Below, piece by piece: positions 1 through 10,356 of a stretch of DNA of 64,000 nt. The translations under genes were made by a program, and so were the position numbers. Position 1 is the stretch's first letter; each line of letters starts with the position of its first letter. Source of the DNA: Rhodothermales bacterium (GTDB lineage Bacteria > Bacteroidota > Rhodothermia > Rhodothermales > JABDKH01); contig JABDKO010000243.1 of NCBI GenBank assembly GCA_013002165.1, forward strand, positions 6,760-70,759, in the 5' to 3' direction. The notes below the pieces were generated by a model. The model saw nothing but the letters and a program-made list of their open reading frames with translations. It did not search any database and was not told where the DNA came from.

Positions 1-26
1 CCACAAGTATTTGAGTGACAACGCGT

Positions 27-1145
27 TCAATTGTGCCTCCGGCCCTTCCAGGAGTGTCCCGAAACCAAACTGAAAATACTTACTCCGACGATATACGGAA
101 TATGCACTATCTGGGCAGGAATGAAATACCGCAGTAATTTCAGTCTGTCGAAATGGGCTGCAATAACTCCAAGGACGGCAAGTTCGGCGATGACCTTGCC
201 GGTCCATGCAACAATAATTGTATTCGCACCGGTACTCGTGAAGAATACAAGCAGTGTAAGGGCGATCAGCAGGACGAAGAACACGAATATTGTGATCGAG
301 ACAAACAGCCCGAACGGATGAGCGAAGCCCCCGACACTGCCGGCCCACCGCCGGCGCTGATCCACAAACTCTCGCACTGTCGCTGCCGGTTGCGCAGTTA
401 CGAAACTTGACGGTGCCATATTAAAGGAGGCCGAGCCCAACCCGGTCGACCGAATTTGCTGAAGCATCCGTTCGTCAGCGCCAGGTGCCGTACCGAAACC
501 TGCCGGCGCAAGCTCAGTCGGCAAGGATTGCCTGTAGGCAAGATTGGCACTGTTGCAGATTGTCGGCAGGCCAATGCCTATACATCCAGCGCCTACTGCA
601 ACGAGTCCAAGAAATTCAAGCGCCTGCATTCCGGAAAAAATCTTTCCGTCAGATTCAAAGAAGACCGGACCGGCAACGATCGGGTATTCGCCGGTAACAG
701 CATCTCTGGTCAAGTGCAACCAGTCGATGGAGGCAATGCAGTCACTATCGATAGTCGCAACAACATCGCCGCGACAGGAAGCAATCCCGACGTTGAGTGC
801 TTCTGATTTTCCCGTTGCGTCGTCCCCTAAATGCAGTAGTCTGGTCTGGGGATAAATCTCCATAAAGTCTTTGACGATGGACGCCGTGTTGTCTGAGGAG
901 TGGTCATCCACGACGATGATTTCGTAGCACTCTACAGGCAGTGAGCTTCTCACTATTGATTGGAGACAATTCTCGATAGTCGACTGTTCGTTACGAGCGG
1001 GGACAATCACGGATAGGAATGTTGTCGTATCGGTGGTGGCTAAAGACGTCTGTCGTCGCAACCGCAGGATTCCAGATACTACCGCCAGAAGGAAAAATAT
1101 ATAGGCGATTCCGGTCGATATAAGAAGTAGTTCAGGAAACGACAT
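27..1145 (-). CDS. Membrane-anchored family 2 glycosyltransferase, processive type
   Basis: Motifs: VIVPARNE...IIVVDDHSSDNT, a DSD motif and QRRRW (the Q-x-x-R-W signature of processive GT2 enzymes). It has one N-terminal and several C-terminal hydrophobic helices. The ORF track gives 27..1193. I prefer the ATG at 1145 (MSFPELL) because it cuts the overlap with the upstream gene to 14 nt. Confidence 0.8.
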   Translation of the reverse strand: MSFPELLLISTGIAYIFFLLAVVSGILRLRRQTSLATTDTTTFLSVIVPARNEQSTIENCLQSIVRSSLPVECYEIIVVDDHSSDNTASIVKDFMEIYPQTRLLHLGDDATGKSEALNVGIASCRGDVVATIDSDCIASIDWLHLTRDAVTGEYPIVAGPVFFESDGKIFSGMQALEFLGLVAVGAGCIGIGLPTICNSANLAYRQSLPTELAPAGFGTAPGADERMLQQIRSTGLGSASFNMAPSSFVTAQPAATVREFVDQRRRWAGSVGGFAHPFGLFVSITIFVFFVLLIALTLLVFFTSTGANTIIVAWTGKVIAELAVLGVIAAHFDRLKLLRYFIPAQIVHIPYIVGVSIFSLVSGHSWKGRRHN

Positions 1146-2091
1146 CAGTGGAAGGTTCTGACGAAAAAGTTGTTGCGACAAGTTTGCGGGCACTGAAGAT
1201 ACCTAGCAAAGCAGGCAGTACAATATTTATAGCGAATAGAATAAACGCCGCATTGAAGGCTCCAGCAGTCGACGCTCCGGCGATCCCGAACAGAAATATC
1301 GATGCTCCCTCGCGAATACCGATATCCATGAATGTGACAGGTGGAATTATGAACCTTAACAGGAATATCGATGCGATGATTGCGGAAACATCCAGCGGTG
1401 GCAGTGCGATGCCGAAGGCTCGAACCAGAAGATAGAATTGCAATGAGAAAACTACGTATCTGGCGGCGCTCAGGAACAGTGCTTCAATCAAGCGAACACT
1501 GTCCAGGTCGGCTGCGAGTGCGGAGGATGGGAAAAACGAAACGTATTTGCCAAATTTCAGGGTAAGAGGTTTCAGCAATACAGGCTTGAAAGAAACGACG
1601 GATACAAATGTCGTTGCAATCAGGCCGACACCTACAACGCCCCACAGCGGTGCCGGTGCGGTCGTCTGGTCCAGAAGAAAAATGACAAGACCGGCACAGC
1701 CTGCAATACCCAGGACACATAGTTCCGGTTGTCTTGACAGTGCGAGAGCAAATGCTCCTTTCCACCGGTCATCCGGATTAAGTAAGTAGGATCGCCCGGC
1801 AAACTCGCCAACTCTGGCCGGTGTAACTGCTCCTAGCGTAAATCCTGCCATTACAGCATCAAGCAGCTGATTCCAGCTCGCCTCGATTTTAAGCTGCTGC
1901 GTGACTGACCGCCAGATAGCTGTCTCCAGTCCTACATTTACTGGCAACAGAGCGACTGCAACCAGGAGAAGTGAAACATCTGCGCTAACCGCTACCTCCC
2001 ATATTTGCTCAAACTCGACGACCTTCAACAGGATGCCGAGAAGGATGACACCGAGAACGACCTTTAGAAGTGTGGAAACGTTTCGGTTCAT
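1132..2091 (-). CDS. Flippase-like / lysyl-phosphatidylglycerol-synthase-TM-region (UPF0104-like) integral membrane protein
   Basis: Polytopic membrane protein. The N-terminus MNRNVSTLLKVVLGVILLGILLK is typical of this family, and it is translationally coupled to the downstream GT2. Start placed at the internal ATG 2091 rather than the track start 2169. The family call is from memory only. Confidence 0.55.
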   Translation of the reverse strand: MNRNVSTLLKVVLGVILLGILLKVVEFEQIWEVAVSADVSLLLVAVALLPVNVGLETAIWRSVTQQLKIEASWNQLLDAVMAGFTLGAVTPARVGEFAGRSYLLNPDDRWKGAFALALSRQPELCVLGIAGCAGLVIFLLDQTTAPAPLWGVVGVGLIATTFVSVVSFKPVLLKPLTLKFGKYVSFFPSSALAADLDSVRLIEALFLSAARYVVFSLQFYLLVRAFGIALPPLDVSAIIASIFLLRFIIPPVTFMDIGIREGASIFLFGIAGASTAGAFNAAFILFAINIVLPALLGIFSARKLVATTFSSEPSTDVVS

Positions 2092-2191
2092 AAAGATCTT
2101 GTACCCCGCCGACTCGAAATCAGTGTATATTGGACTAGTATTTCCGCGTCGCCAGCACGTCGCGGGCAAAGGACTCTAATATATCGGTGGG

Positions 2192-3490
2192 ATGAAAGTA
2201 CTTGTAGTAGGTAGTGGCGGTCGTGAGCACGCGATCGCGTGGAAACTAACGAATTGTAACAATGTGGATTCGGTGTTTGTTGCCCCTGGCAATCCGGGGA
2301 CCAAATCTTGCGCCGAAAATGTGGCAATTGCCGCAGACGATATTCCGTCGCTCCTCGAATTTGCACGCAGGAAGGAAATCGACATAACAATTGTGGGACC
2401 CGAAAAACCGCTAGTCGATGGAATTGTAGACCGGTTCCGTGAAGCGAGCCTCGCCATAGTCGGACCGACCGCCAGTGCCGCCCGGCTCGAGGGGAGCAAG
2501 GCATTTGCAAAGGACTTCATGAAGAAATACGGGGTACCTACGGCCACGTACAAAACGTTCTCTCGCTCTCAGTATCAGGAAGCAACGGCTTTTCTCGATG
2601 CTCATGAAATTCCCGTTGTTATCAAGGCGAGCGGTCTCGCGGCGGGCAAGGGTGCCGTTGTATGCGCGACACGTCGGGAAGCAGAGGAAACGCTGAGGCA
2701 AATGCTGCATGACAGAGCATTCGGCTCGGCATCGGATGAAGTGGTAATCGAGGAGTTCATGGTTGGAGAGGAGGCAAGCGTTTTCGCGTTGTGCGACGGA
2801 GAGTCGTATGTGCTTTTTTCTCCAGCTCAGGATCACAAGCAAATCGGTGAAGGGGATACGGGTCCGAACACTGGAGGAATGGGAGCTTATGCCCCGGCAT
2901 CTGTCGTAACGGAGCAGGTACTTGGTCGTGTGCGTAAGGAGATAATTGACCCGGTTCTCGAGGGAATGAGTAAGGAAGGCTGTCCGTTTACAGGTTTTCT
3001 GTTTGTCGGCTTGATGTTGACTGAAGTGGGACCCAAAGTCGTCGAGTTCAATTGCCGACTTGGCGATCCGGAAACGCAGGTTATCCTTCCGCTGCTGGAA
3101 ACCAACTTTGCCGATTTACTTCGCAAGTCGGCTACCGAAAACCTCAACATGTCAAGCATTGATTTTCACGACGGAAACGCTGCATGTGTTGTGATGGCAT
3201 CAGGTGGTTATCCAGGATCATATCGCAAGGGCGTCGAGATTACCGGCCTCGAAGAAGCGAATTCACGACCTGATACTATTGTGTTCCAAGCCGGAACGGC
3301 AAACGAAGATGGACGACTGGTCACAGCCGGTGGAAGGGTGCTAAATGTCGTGGGCACGGGGACATCGCTTTCGGATGCTCTAACGAAGGCGTATTCCGGC
3401 ATCGAAACGATCAACTTCGAGCGAGCTGTCTATAGACGTGATATAGGCAAAAAGGGTTTGAAAAGACAAGCTGCCGGTATCGACCATTGA
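2192..3490 (+). CDS. purD: Phosphoribosylamine-glycine ligase
   Basis: MKVLVVGSGGREHAIAWKL N-terminus, ATP-grasp core and full length of 432 aa. Confidence 0.95.
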   Translation: MKVLVVGSGGREHAIAWKLTNCNNVDSVFVAPGNPGTKSCAENVAIAADDIPSLLEFARRKEIDITIVGPEKPLVDGIVDRFREASLAIVGPTASAARLEGSKAFAKDFMKKYGVPTATYKTFSRSQYQEATAFLDAHEIPVVIKASGLAAGKGAVVCATRREAEETLRQMLHDRAFGSASDEVVIEEFMVGEEASVFALCDGESYVLFSPAQDHKQIGEGDTGPNTGGMGAYAPASVVTEQVLGRVRKEIIDPVLEGMSKEGCPFTGFLFVGLMLTEVGPKVVEFNCRLGDPETQVILPLLETNFADLLRKSATENLNMSSIDFHDGNAACVVMASGGYPGSYRKGVEITGLEEANSRPDTIVFQAGTANEDGRLVTAGGRVLNVVGTGTSLSDALTKAYSGIETINFERAVYRRDIGKKGLKRQAAGIDH

Positions 3491-4389
3491 CCTTTTTTCG
3501 ATTCATGACAGCAATGCTTGTCGGAATGGTGATCCTCATGCCATCCGGGGCACAAGTACCCATACAAGACGATACGCTGACTTTGCAGATCGTTCTTCAA
3601 GGGTTCAACGATGCCGTCACTGTGGAAGTCGATCCTCTGAACAACGTTTATGTTCTGGATCGTTTGCAGGGGACAATCACAAAGTGGTCGCCCGGCGGCA
3701 AGGCTCAGGTCTTCGGTGGCAGAGGCAGTATCGGTGGTCAGTTCGAGTCACCCTCTGACCTCGATGCGACAACAGGATTTTTGTTTCTGATTGCCGATAC
3801 GGGCAACGGGCGGATTCAACGTCTTGGATCAGATCTGGTGTTTCTTGAGTCACTTGCTCCCGATGAACGTGGATCCGTTTCGGGCAGGGGCGCCATCGAT
3901 CACCAGTTTGAGGCCGGCAGAGGAAATCTGAGCGTAAGCTTTTCACCCATAGCTCTGTCGTCATCTCCCGATGGTCGCGTGTTCGCTGTGGATAGATCAG
4001 GCAGCGCTATATATGAGTGGACCTCGAACAGACAGCAGGTAAACAGATTGTCGTTGGGTGTGAATCAGCGTTTTCAGCCGACCGATCTCGACGTGTTCGG
4101 GAATAGTATGTTCATCACTGATGACAGCAGAAACCGCGTAATCGTAGCTGATTTGTTTGGAAATGAACTCATGTCATTCGGTGAAGAGGTACTGCACCAC
4201 CCGCTTGCGCTTCAGGTCAACCAGCGTTTTATCGTAGTGCTGGATGGGGACAGGCTTGTTTTTTTCAATCGTCAGGGGAATCTAGTCCGAATCGCCAGCA
4301 TTCCTTCGCGTGATGCACCGACCGATTTTTACATCAGAGGTTCGGCGATATACCTTACCGATCGCAACAACCTGTATGTCAGCAGGTAG
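3487..4389 (+). CDS. Secreted NHL-repeat beta-propeller protein
   Basis: Signal-like N-terminus. Repeated NHL-type motifs, e.g. GGQFESPSDLDATTGFLFLIADTGNGRIQRL and MFITDDSRNRVIVADLFG. TTG 3487 overlaps the purD stop; the alternative start is ATG 3505. Confidence 0.6.
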   Translation: MTFFRFMTAMLVGMVILMPSGAQVPIQDDTLTLQIVLQGFNDAVTVEVDPLNNVYVLDRLQGTITKWSPGGKAQVFGGRGSIGGQFESPSDLDATTGFLFLIADTGNGRIQRLGSDLVFLESLAPDERGSVSGRGAIDHQFEAGRGNLSVSFSPIALSSSPDGRVFAVDRSGSAIYEWTSNRQQVNRLSLGVNQRFQPTDLDVFGNSMFITDDSRNRVIVADLFGNELMSFGEEVLHHPLALQVNQRFIVVLDGDRLVFFNRQGNLVRIASIPSRDAPTDFYIRGSAIYLTDRNNLYVSR

Positions 4390-4400
4390 CTCGTTCGGGC

Positions 4401-4844
4401 CTAGCGGTACTTCACTCCGTTGTGTTCGATCCATCCTCCGTTCATTCGGCCGTCCGGATCATGGTGTGTCCAATGGACAACACCGCCCTGATCGTTCCAC
4501 TCGTATTCGCCACGGACGATCAATGCATCTCGAATCGCCAGCGGTACTCTTGGAGCGAGGTCAATATTATGACTTACCAGAACAGTGTGTCCCGATGCTA
4601 ACCGAACAATAAAGCGCTGGTGTCGCGAACCAACATTGTCATCTTCAAGAATCCGGATAACCGAGGCCTCAAACTCTACAAACTGGTCGGAAAGGCCCCG
4701 CTCGTACAGGGATTCGACTGACGGGGTTTGTGAGACCAGGGGACCGGCATCAGACGGTGAGCTCTCAAAGCCTGAACGAATAAACAGAATGGCCAGTGCG
4801 GCTAGAACCAGCAGTGACGCTACTAATACGTTTCTTCCACCCAT
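4401..4844 (-). CDS. DUF3465-family exported protein
   Basis: N-terminal TM/signal segment and the C-terminal GEYEWNDQGGVVHWTHHDP...GGWIEHNG pattern that I recall as DUF3465. Confidence 0.6.
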   Translation of the reverse strand: MGGRNVLVASLLVLAALAILFIRSGFESSPSDAGPLVSQTPSVESLYERGLSDQFVEFEASVIRILEDDNVGSRHQRFIVRLASGHTVLVSHNIDLAPRVPLAIRDALIVRGEYEWNDQGGVVHWTHHDPDGRMNGGWIEHNGVKYR

Positions 4845-4871
4845 TTTTCCTGGCGAGTGTATCAGTTTGAC

Positions 4872-6359
4872 CTAGTCGACGTTATCAATTTGCGCTTTCT
4901 GGAGCTTGCCGGAGTAATCGACATACACCGTCTTTGTCTCCGTGTAGAAGTCAAACACTTCCCAACCACCCTCACGGTGACCATTGCCGGTTTGCTTTAC
5001 GCCTCCAAACGGCATGTGAGCCTCTGCCCCAATGGTCGGCCCATTGATATAGGTTATACCGGCTTCAATATCGTGCATTGCGCGGAAAGCCAGAGTGACA
5101 TCTTGTGTGTAGATACTCGAGGATAGGCCGTATGGTACATCATTGGCGACTTCTACAGCTTCGTCGTAGGAACCGACTTTGATGACACTGAGAACCGGGC
5201 CAAAAATTTCCTCTCGTGCGATCCTCATATCCCGGTTTACGCCAGTAAAAATGGTTGGCTGGATGAACCATCCGTCATCAAGGTCGCCGCCTTCAGCACG
5301 CTTGCCGCCGATCAATACCTTTGCACCTTCCTTCTTGCCGATGTCGATGTAGCCGGTAATCTTGGTAACTGCTTTCTCGTTGATTACGGGACCGACGTCT
5401 ACGTTGTCATCATTACCGTATCCAAGCCGAAGATCGTTCGCTGCTGCGACGAGCAGGTCCAGCATCTCGTCGTGGACAGCCTTATGGATGATAAGGCGAC
5501 TCGTTGCGGTACATCGCTGGCCGGTGGTGCCAAAGGCGCCCCAGAGAATTCCGTCAAGGACGAGTTCGAGGTCTGCATCATCCATCACGATCATCGGATT
5601 CTTGCCACCCATTTCGAGGGACACGCGCTTATGCAGGGACCCGCAGGTTTCGGCGATCTTGCCGCCGGTCTCTGTAGATCCGGTGAAAGAGACAGCATCA
5701 ATACCCGGATGTGAGACAAGTGCCTCTCCGACTGCTCCTGCTCCCTGGACCAGGTTGACGACTCCCTCCGGTACGCCGGCGTCGTGGAACGCTTTCACAA
5801 GCAGAGCACCGGAATGAGGGGCATCCTCACTCGGTTTGAAGACTGCGGTGTTGCCTGCTGCCAGAGCGGGAAACATCTTCCATGTCGGCACGGCCACCGG
5901 GAAATTCCATGCGGTAATGATTCCGCAAACACCGATAGGCCGCCGGATACTCATGTTGAATTTATTCGGCAGTTCGCTGGGAACGGTGTGGCCAAACAGG
6001 CGCCTGGTCTCGCTGCCCGCGTAGTATGCCGTGTCAATCGCCTCCTGAACGTCACCCTTCGTCTCAAAAAATGGCTTGCCCATTTCACGGGTCATCTCGA
6101 AGGCAAGTTCATCTTTGCGCTCGGTCAAGACATCTCCAATGTTTCTAAGAATATCACCTCGGGCTGGAGCGGGCATTTTGCTCCATGTTTTGAAGGCGTC
6201 TCGAGCGGCCTGAACGGCGTTATCTACATCCTCCGGTCCCGATGACGGGAAATCACCGACAACATCGGAATGCCGCGCAGGATTGATGTTTTTAAACGTG
6301 TCGCCGCTTGTTGCGTCGACCCACTGTCCGTTGATAAAATTCTTCTTGACGTCTGCCAT
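4872..6359 (-). CDS. NAD(P)-dependent aldehyde dehydrogenase
   Basis: ALDH motifs: FTGSTETG, LEMGGKNP and the catalytic Cys in GQRCTA. Start moved to ATG 6359 (MADVKKNFINGQWVD), the typical ALDH N-terminus. Confidence 0.9.
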   Translation of the reverse strand: MADVKKNFINGQWVDATSGDTFKNINPARHSDVVGDFPSSGPEDVDNAVQAARDAFKTWSKMPAPARGDILRNIGDVLTERKDELAFEMTREMGKPFFETKGDVQEAIDTAYYAGSETRRLFGHTVPSELPNKFNMSIRRPIGVCGIITAWNFPVAVPTWKMFPALAAGNTAVFKPSEDAPHSGALLVKAFHDAGVPEGVVNLVQGAGAVGEALVSHPGIDAVSFTGSTETGGKIAETCGSLHKRVSLEMGGKNPMIVMDDADLELVLDGILWGAFGTTGQRCTATSRLIIHKAVHDEMLDLLVAAANDLRLGYGNDDNVDVGPVINEKAVTKITGYIDIGKKEGAKVLIGGKRAEGGDLDDGWFIQPTIFTGVNRDMRIAREEIFGPVLSVIKVGSYDEAVEVANDVPYGLSSSIYTQDVTLAFRAMHDIEAGITYINGPTIGAEAHMPFGGVKQTGNGHREGGWEVFDFYTETKTVYVDYSGKLQKAQIDNVD

Positions 6360-6606
6360 GAATGGTTGTCTGATTTTGCCTTGGAAAAAGATAGTCCGCG
6401 GCGATGGGCCGGTAGGGACAGTCAAAAATAGAAACTCATCCAACTCACATCAGCAAATGATTCGCGAATTCTCTCACGCGAAATACGAAGGCCAAACGAC
6501 GCAACCAGCGGCTTTCGTATCGTAAATCCACCGCCTGATTTGTAGATTGCAGCGTATTGTTTGCCGATATTGGCCCCTCAGGAATAGCGACAACCGCGAG
6601 CCCCCA

Positions 6607-7812
6607 ATGATCACAGAAAGCACTTCAACATCCCTCGGTCACAGGTTGTCAGATCGGGTGAATGCTGTACCCCCGAGCGGTATACGTCGATTCTTCGACA
6701 TAGCCGCGACAATGGACGACGTTATTACTCTCGGAATTGGAGAACCGGACTTCGTTTCGCCGCGTCCCGTCATCGATGCCGCGGTTGCCTCCCTCGAACG
6801 GGGATTGACCGGATACACGTCAAATGCCGGTATTCTAGAGCTCCGCGAGGCAATATCTGATGAGCTCGATCGGCTATATGCCGTGAAATACAATCCGGCT
6901 AACGAGATTCTTGTCACTGTCGGGGTCAGTGAGGCTCTGCAGATCACCATGATGGCGCTGCTTAATCCGGGTGACGAAATCCTGATTCCCGAACCTTGCT
7001 TCGTGTCTTATGGTCCATCTGCTGTGTTTGCGGGAGGGCGGGTCGTCTACGTACCGACCAGTGTCGACAACAATTTTCAGGTTACGGCAGCGGATATCGA
7101 GGCCAGGATTACCAGCCGAACCAAGGTCCTCTTCCTTGCTTACCCGAGTAACCCGACCGGAGCCGTCCTGAGACGCGATGTTCTGGAAGAGATTGCGGAG
7201 GTAGTGATCAAACACGACCTAATCGTTATTTCGGACGAAATTTATGATCGCCTGATTTATGGAGATGCATACAAAGCCGGTCATACCTGTCTACCATCTA
7301 TCGAAGCACTGCGTGACAGAACTATCCTTTTGGGTGGATTTTCAAAGGACTATGCCATGACGGGATGGCGCATTGGCTATGTGTGCGCCCCGCCGGAAGT
7401 GTATCCCGCACTGTACAAATTGCACCAGTATATCATTATGAGCGCGCCGACGATGGGTCAATATGGTGCACTTGCAGCACTAAAGGAGTGCCAGGATGAC
7501 GTCGAAACCATGAGGAACGCGTACGACAAACGACGCCGGACAATAGTTGATGGTCTGCGAAAAGCAGGGTGCCCTACGTTTGAACCGGAAGGTGCCTTCT
7601 ATTGTTTTCCTGATATAGGCGTGTCGGGCATGACGTCAGAGACTTTCGCTCAGAAATTACTTGAGGAAGAAAAGATCGCTGTTGTCCCCGGGGATGCTTT
7701 TGGTCCCAGCGGTGCCGGATATGTTCGTTGTGCGTATGCAACGTCGCTCGAAAAGATCGAGATGGCCGTTGCTGGAATCACACGGTTTATCGAACGCCAT
7801 CGAACAGCGTAG
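6607..7812 (+). CDS. Class I/II PLP-dependent (aspartate-type) aminotransferase
   Basis: PLP lysine context GFSKDYAMTGWRIGY and NPTG. About 400 aa from ATG 6607. Confidence 0.9.
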   Translation: MITESTSTSLGHRLSDRVNAVPPSGIRRFFDIAATMDDVITLGIGEPDFVSPRPVIDAAVASLERGLTGYTSNAGILELREAISDELDRLYAVKYNPANEILVTVGVSEALQITMMALLNPGDEILIPEPCFVSYGPSAVFAGGRVVYVPTSVDNNFQVTAADIEARITSRTKVLFLAYPSNPTGAVLRRDVLEEIAEVVIKHDLIVISDEIYDRLIYGDAYKAGHTCLPSIEALRDRTILLGGFSKDYAMTGWRIGYVCAPPEVYPALYKLHQYIIMSAPTMGQYGALAALKECQDDVETMRNAYDKRRRTIVDGLRKAGCPTFEPEGAFYCFPDIGVSGMTSETFAQKLLEEEKIAVVPGDAFGPSGAGYVRCAYATSLEKIEMAVAGITRFIERHRTA

Positions 7813-7818
7813 AGCTGC

Positions 7819-10353
7819 ATGAAAATATTTACCCGCCTGCATGGAGCCGGCCTTGCCATACTCTTGATTGTCGTCATGGGAGCCTGTGGATCGTTTAAGG
7901 AATTGAACGATCCTGATAATCAGGATACACCTGCCACATTTGTTGCAGCCACACCTGCTTCTCCGACGATGCAGGCCTCACCTGAATCGCCACCGGCCGA
8001 TCCCGACTCCACATTTGCGCTGGCACCGGACAGCAATCTTGTGATATATGGCGTCGAGGAATCTAAAAAGGTTACCCGGGTGAGTAGTTATGATATCCTT
8101 CACACGGAATTGGATCTACGATTTGATTTCGAAAAGCACCGGGTTTTTGGAGTTGCTACTCACAGAATACGGCTGAGCGATTCATCACCCTCCTCGATAC
8201 TCTTCGATGGTCGGGACATGGATATCGATGGAGTTCAGATTGACTCCGGGAGCGGGGCAGGTAAGGCGCGATTCAAGTACAGTGACGGCGACATCGTCGT
8301 TGCAATCCCCCGGGATATCGAAACCTCTGAGTTTGAACTGTCGATTTCATATACCGCGCACCCCATGCGAAACGGGCAAAAAAAGGGATTATACTTTGTC
8401 GACGGATCAATGACCGACCCGTCTCGCCCGACACAGATCTGGACGCTTGGGCAGCCAGAAGACAATCAGTACTGGTACCCAACGTGGGATTATCCATCGG
8501 ACCGCATGAGCTTCGACATCCGGCTTACCGTTCCGGAAGCCATGCAATCTTTCGCCAACGGCACGCTAGTCAGCCAGCAACCACAATCTGAGGGCCTTCG
8601 GACGGACCACTGGCAAATGAATGATGCTCACCTGGGATACCTGGCTGCGTTCGCAGTCGGAAATTTTAGTTCGGAGTCTGTTGAATTTGTCCGTGGAGAC
8701 GGCTCTGTGGTACCCTTAATGTATTATGTGGAACCGGCGTATCGTCACCAGATCGATCTTATATATGGTGAGACCCCGGATATGCTGGAGTTTTTGGAAA
8801 GTAATCTGAACGTGTCATATCCATGGCAGAATTACAAGCAGATTGCCGTTCATGACTTTGCTGCCGGTGGCATGGAGAACACGACAGCGACAATTTTGTC
8901 GGACCGTGTGCAACACGACGATCGGGCTGCTTTGGATTACTCGCCAAGAGACCTGCTCATGCATGAGCTGGCACATCAATGGTTTGGCAATTATGTATCT
9001 GCAGCGGACTGGGGACATCTTGCTTTGAATGAGGGTCTCGCTTCCTACATGGAAGAAGCCTACCTGCTCGCTCGATTCGGTGAGGAAGCAAAACAGATAC
9101 ACGCACACGAAGAACGGTTGGAGTATTTCGAGGAGTCGAAAATATTCCAACGACCGATTGTCTGGTACGGATATGATGACCCGTATGAGGTGTATGACGA
9201 TCACACATATGAAAAGGCATCGCAGGCTCTCGGACAGCTTCGGTACGAGATTGGCGATGATGCGTTCTTCAGGGGTCTGAATCAGTTTCTACGCGAGTAT
9301 GGCGGGATGTCAGCGACCATTGGCAATCTGGAACGTTCGTTCACTTCGGCAACGGGACGAGAACTCGCCGGGTTCTTTTCGCAGTGGTTCTATACCGCTG
9401 GACATCCGGTGCTCGATGTAAGCGCCGGATATCGAAGTGACATCGGGATATATCAATTCAGCGTTTCCCAGAGACAAACAGATTGGGGTGTTCCTGTATT
9501 CTCCTTCCCGGTTGATGTCGAGGTGGTGTTTGAGAATCGCCCCGCATACAGGGAACGAGTTTACATTTCGAGTAGAGATACGACAATCGCGATTGGTGTC
9601 GCTGGTCGGGTGCTTTACGGTAGCTTCAACCGCTATGGAAATCTTTTCGCGGAGATCCTCGAGACCAAGCCGACCCGTGAATCGATAAGCCAGGCGGCGA
9701 ACGATGACGATATGCTCGGTAGATTCAAGGCTCTCGAGGCACTTGAGGAGGCTACCCCCACCGATGCTATACGGGATGTTGCCATCGACAGGGTCTTGAA
9801 CGACGGACACTATTTCGTGCGGGCCAGAGCCGCCGAACTTTTGGGCACCTACGCCCGGGATCGTAAAGCGATGAATGCATTGATTCGTGCTGCATCGCTG
9901 GATAAGTCATCGAAAGTGAGGAGGCAGTCGATAATATCGCTTTACAATTCGGACAATCCATCCGTTGAGGGGATCTTTGTGGACGCGCTGGCTGATTCGT
10001 CATACAGGGTTGTGGGCGCATCCGCAATCGGTCTATCTACTCGCTTTCCTCAACGAGCGACCACCCACCTCCAGCAAATCGCGTCAGTCCAATCCTGGGG
10101 CAATATTGTTGAACTGGCAGTGATTGAGGCATCTCAAATATTAGCGACGGCTGATGCAATTAACCTGCTTACCGGATATCTTGATGTTGCAATGCCGGAG
10201 AGAGTTCGCTCAGCTGCTGTTCGAGCGATGGGTGCGATTGCCGAAAGTAATCCTGAACTCAACGGTACAATTAAGAAAGTTCTGAAGAATCTGCGACAGG
10301 ACGTGCATGTCTCCGTGCGCGTTGCCGCTAATGAAGCACTGGATAGAATCTGA
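7819..10353 (+). CDS. M1-family aminopeptidase N-like lipoprotein with C-terminal HEAT-like repeats
   Basis: Lipobox-like LLIVVMGACGS, a GGMEN exopeptidase motif, and HELAHQWFGN with a downstream E (LNEG). The C-terminus has repeated VRxxAxxxLG HEAT-like units. Confidence 0.85.
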   Translation: MKIFTRLHGAGLAILLIVVMGACGSFKELNDPDNQDTPATFVAATPASPTMQASPESPPADPDSTFALAPDSNLVIYGVEESKKVTRVSSYDILHTELDLRFDFEKHRVFGVATHRIRLSDSSPSSILFDGRDMDIDGVQIDSGSGAGKARFKYSDGDIVVAIPRDIETSEFELSISYTAHPMRNGQKKGLYFVDGSMTDPSRPTQIWTLGQPEDNQYWYPTWDYPSDRMSFDIRLTVPEAMQSFANGTLVSQQPQSEGLRTDHWQMNDAHLGYLAAFAVGNFSSESVEFVRGDGSVVPLMYYVEPAYRHQIDLIYGETPDMLEFLESNLNVSYPWQNYKQIAVHDFAAGGMENTTATILSDRVQHDDRAALDYSPRDLLMHELAHQWFGNYVSAADWGHLALNEGLASYMEEAYLLARFGEEAKQIHAHEERLEYFEESKIFQRPIVWYGYDDPYEVYDDHTYEKASQALGQLRYEIGDDAFFRGLNQFLREYGGMSATIGNLERSFTSATGRELAGFFSQWFYTAGHPVLDVSAGYRSDIGIYQFSVSQRQTDWGVPVFSFPVDVEVVFENRPAYRERVYISSRDTTIAIGVAGRVLYGSFNRYGNLFAEILETKPTRESISQAANDDDMLGRFKALEALEEATPTDAIRDVAIDRVLNDGHYFVRARAAELLGTYARDRKAMNALIRAASLDKSSKVRRQSIISLYNSDNPSVEGIFVDALADSSYRVVGASAIGLSTRFPQRATTHLQQIASVQSWGNIVELAVIEASQILATADAINLLTGYLDVAMPERVRSAAVRAMGAIAESNPELNGTIKKVLKNLRQDVHVSVRVAANEALDRI

Positions 10354-10356
10354 CAG

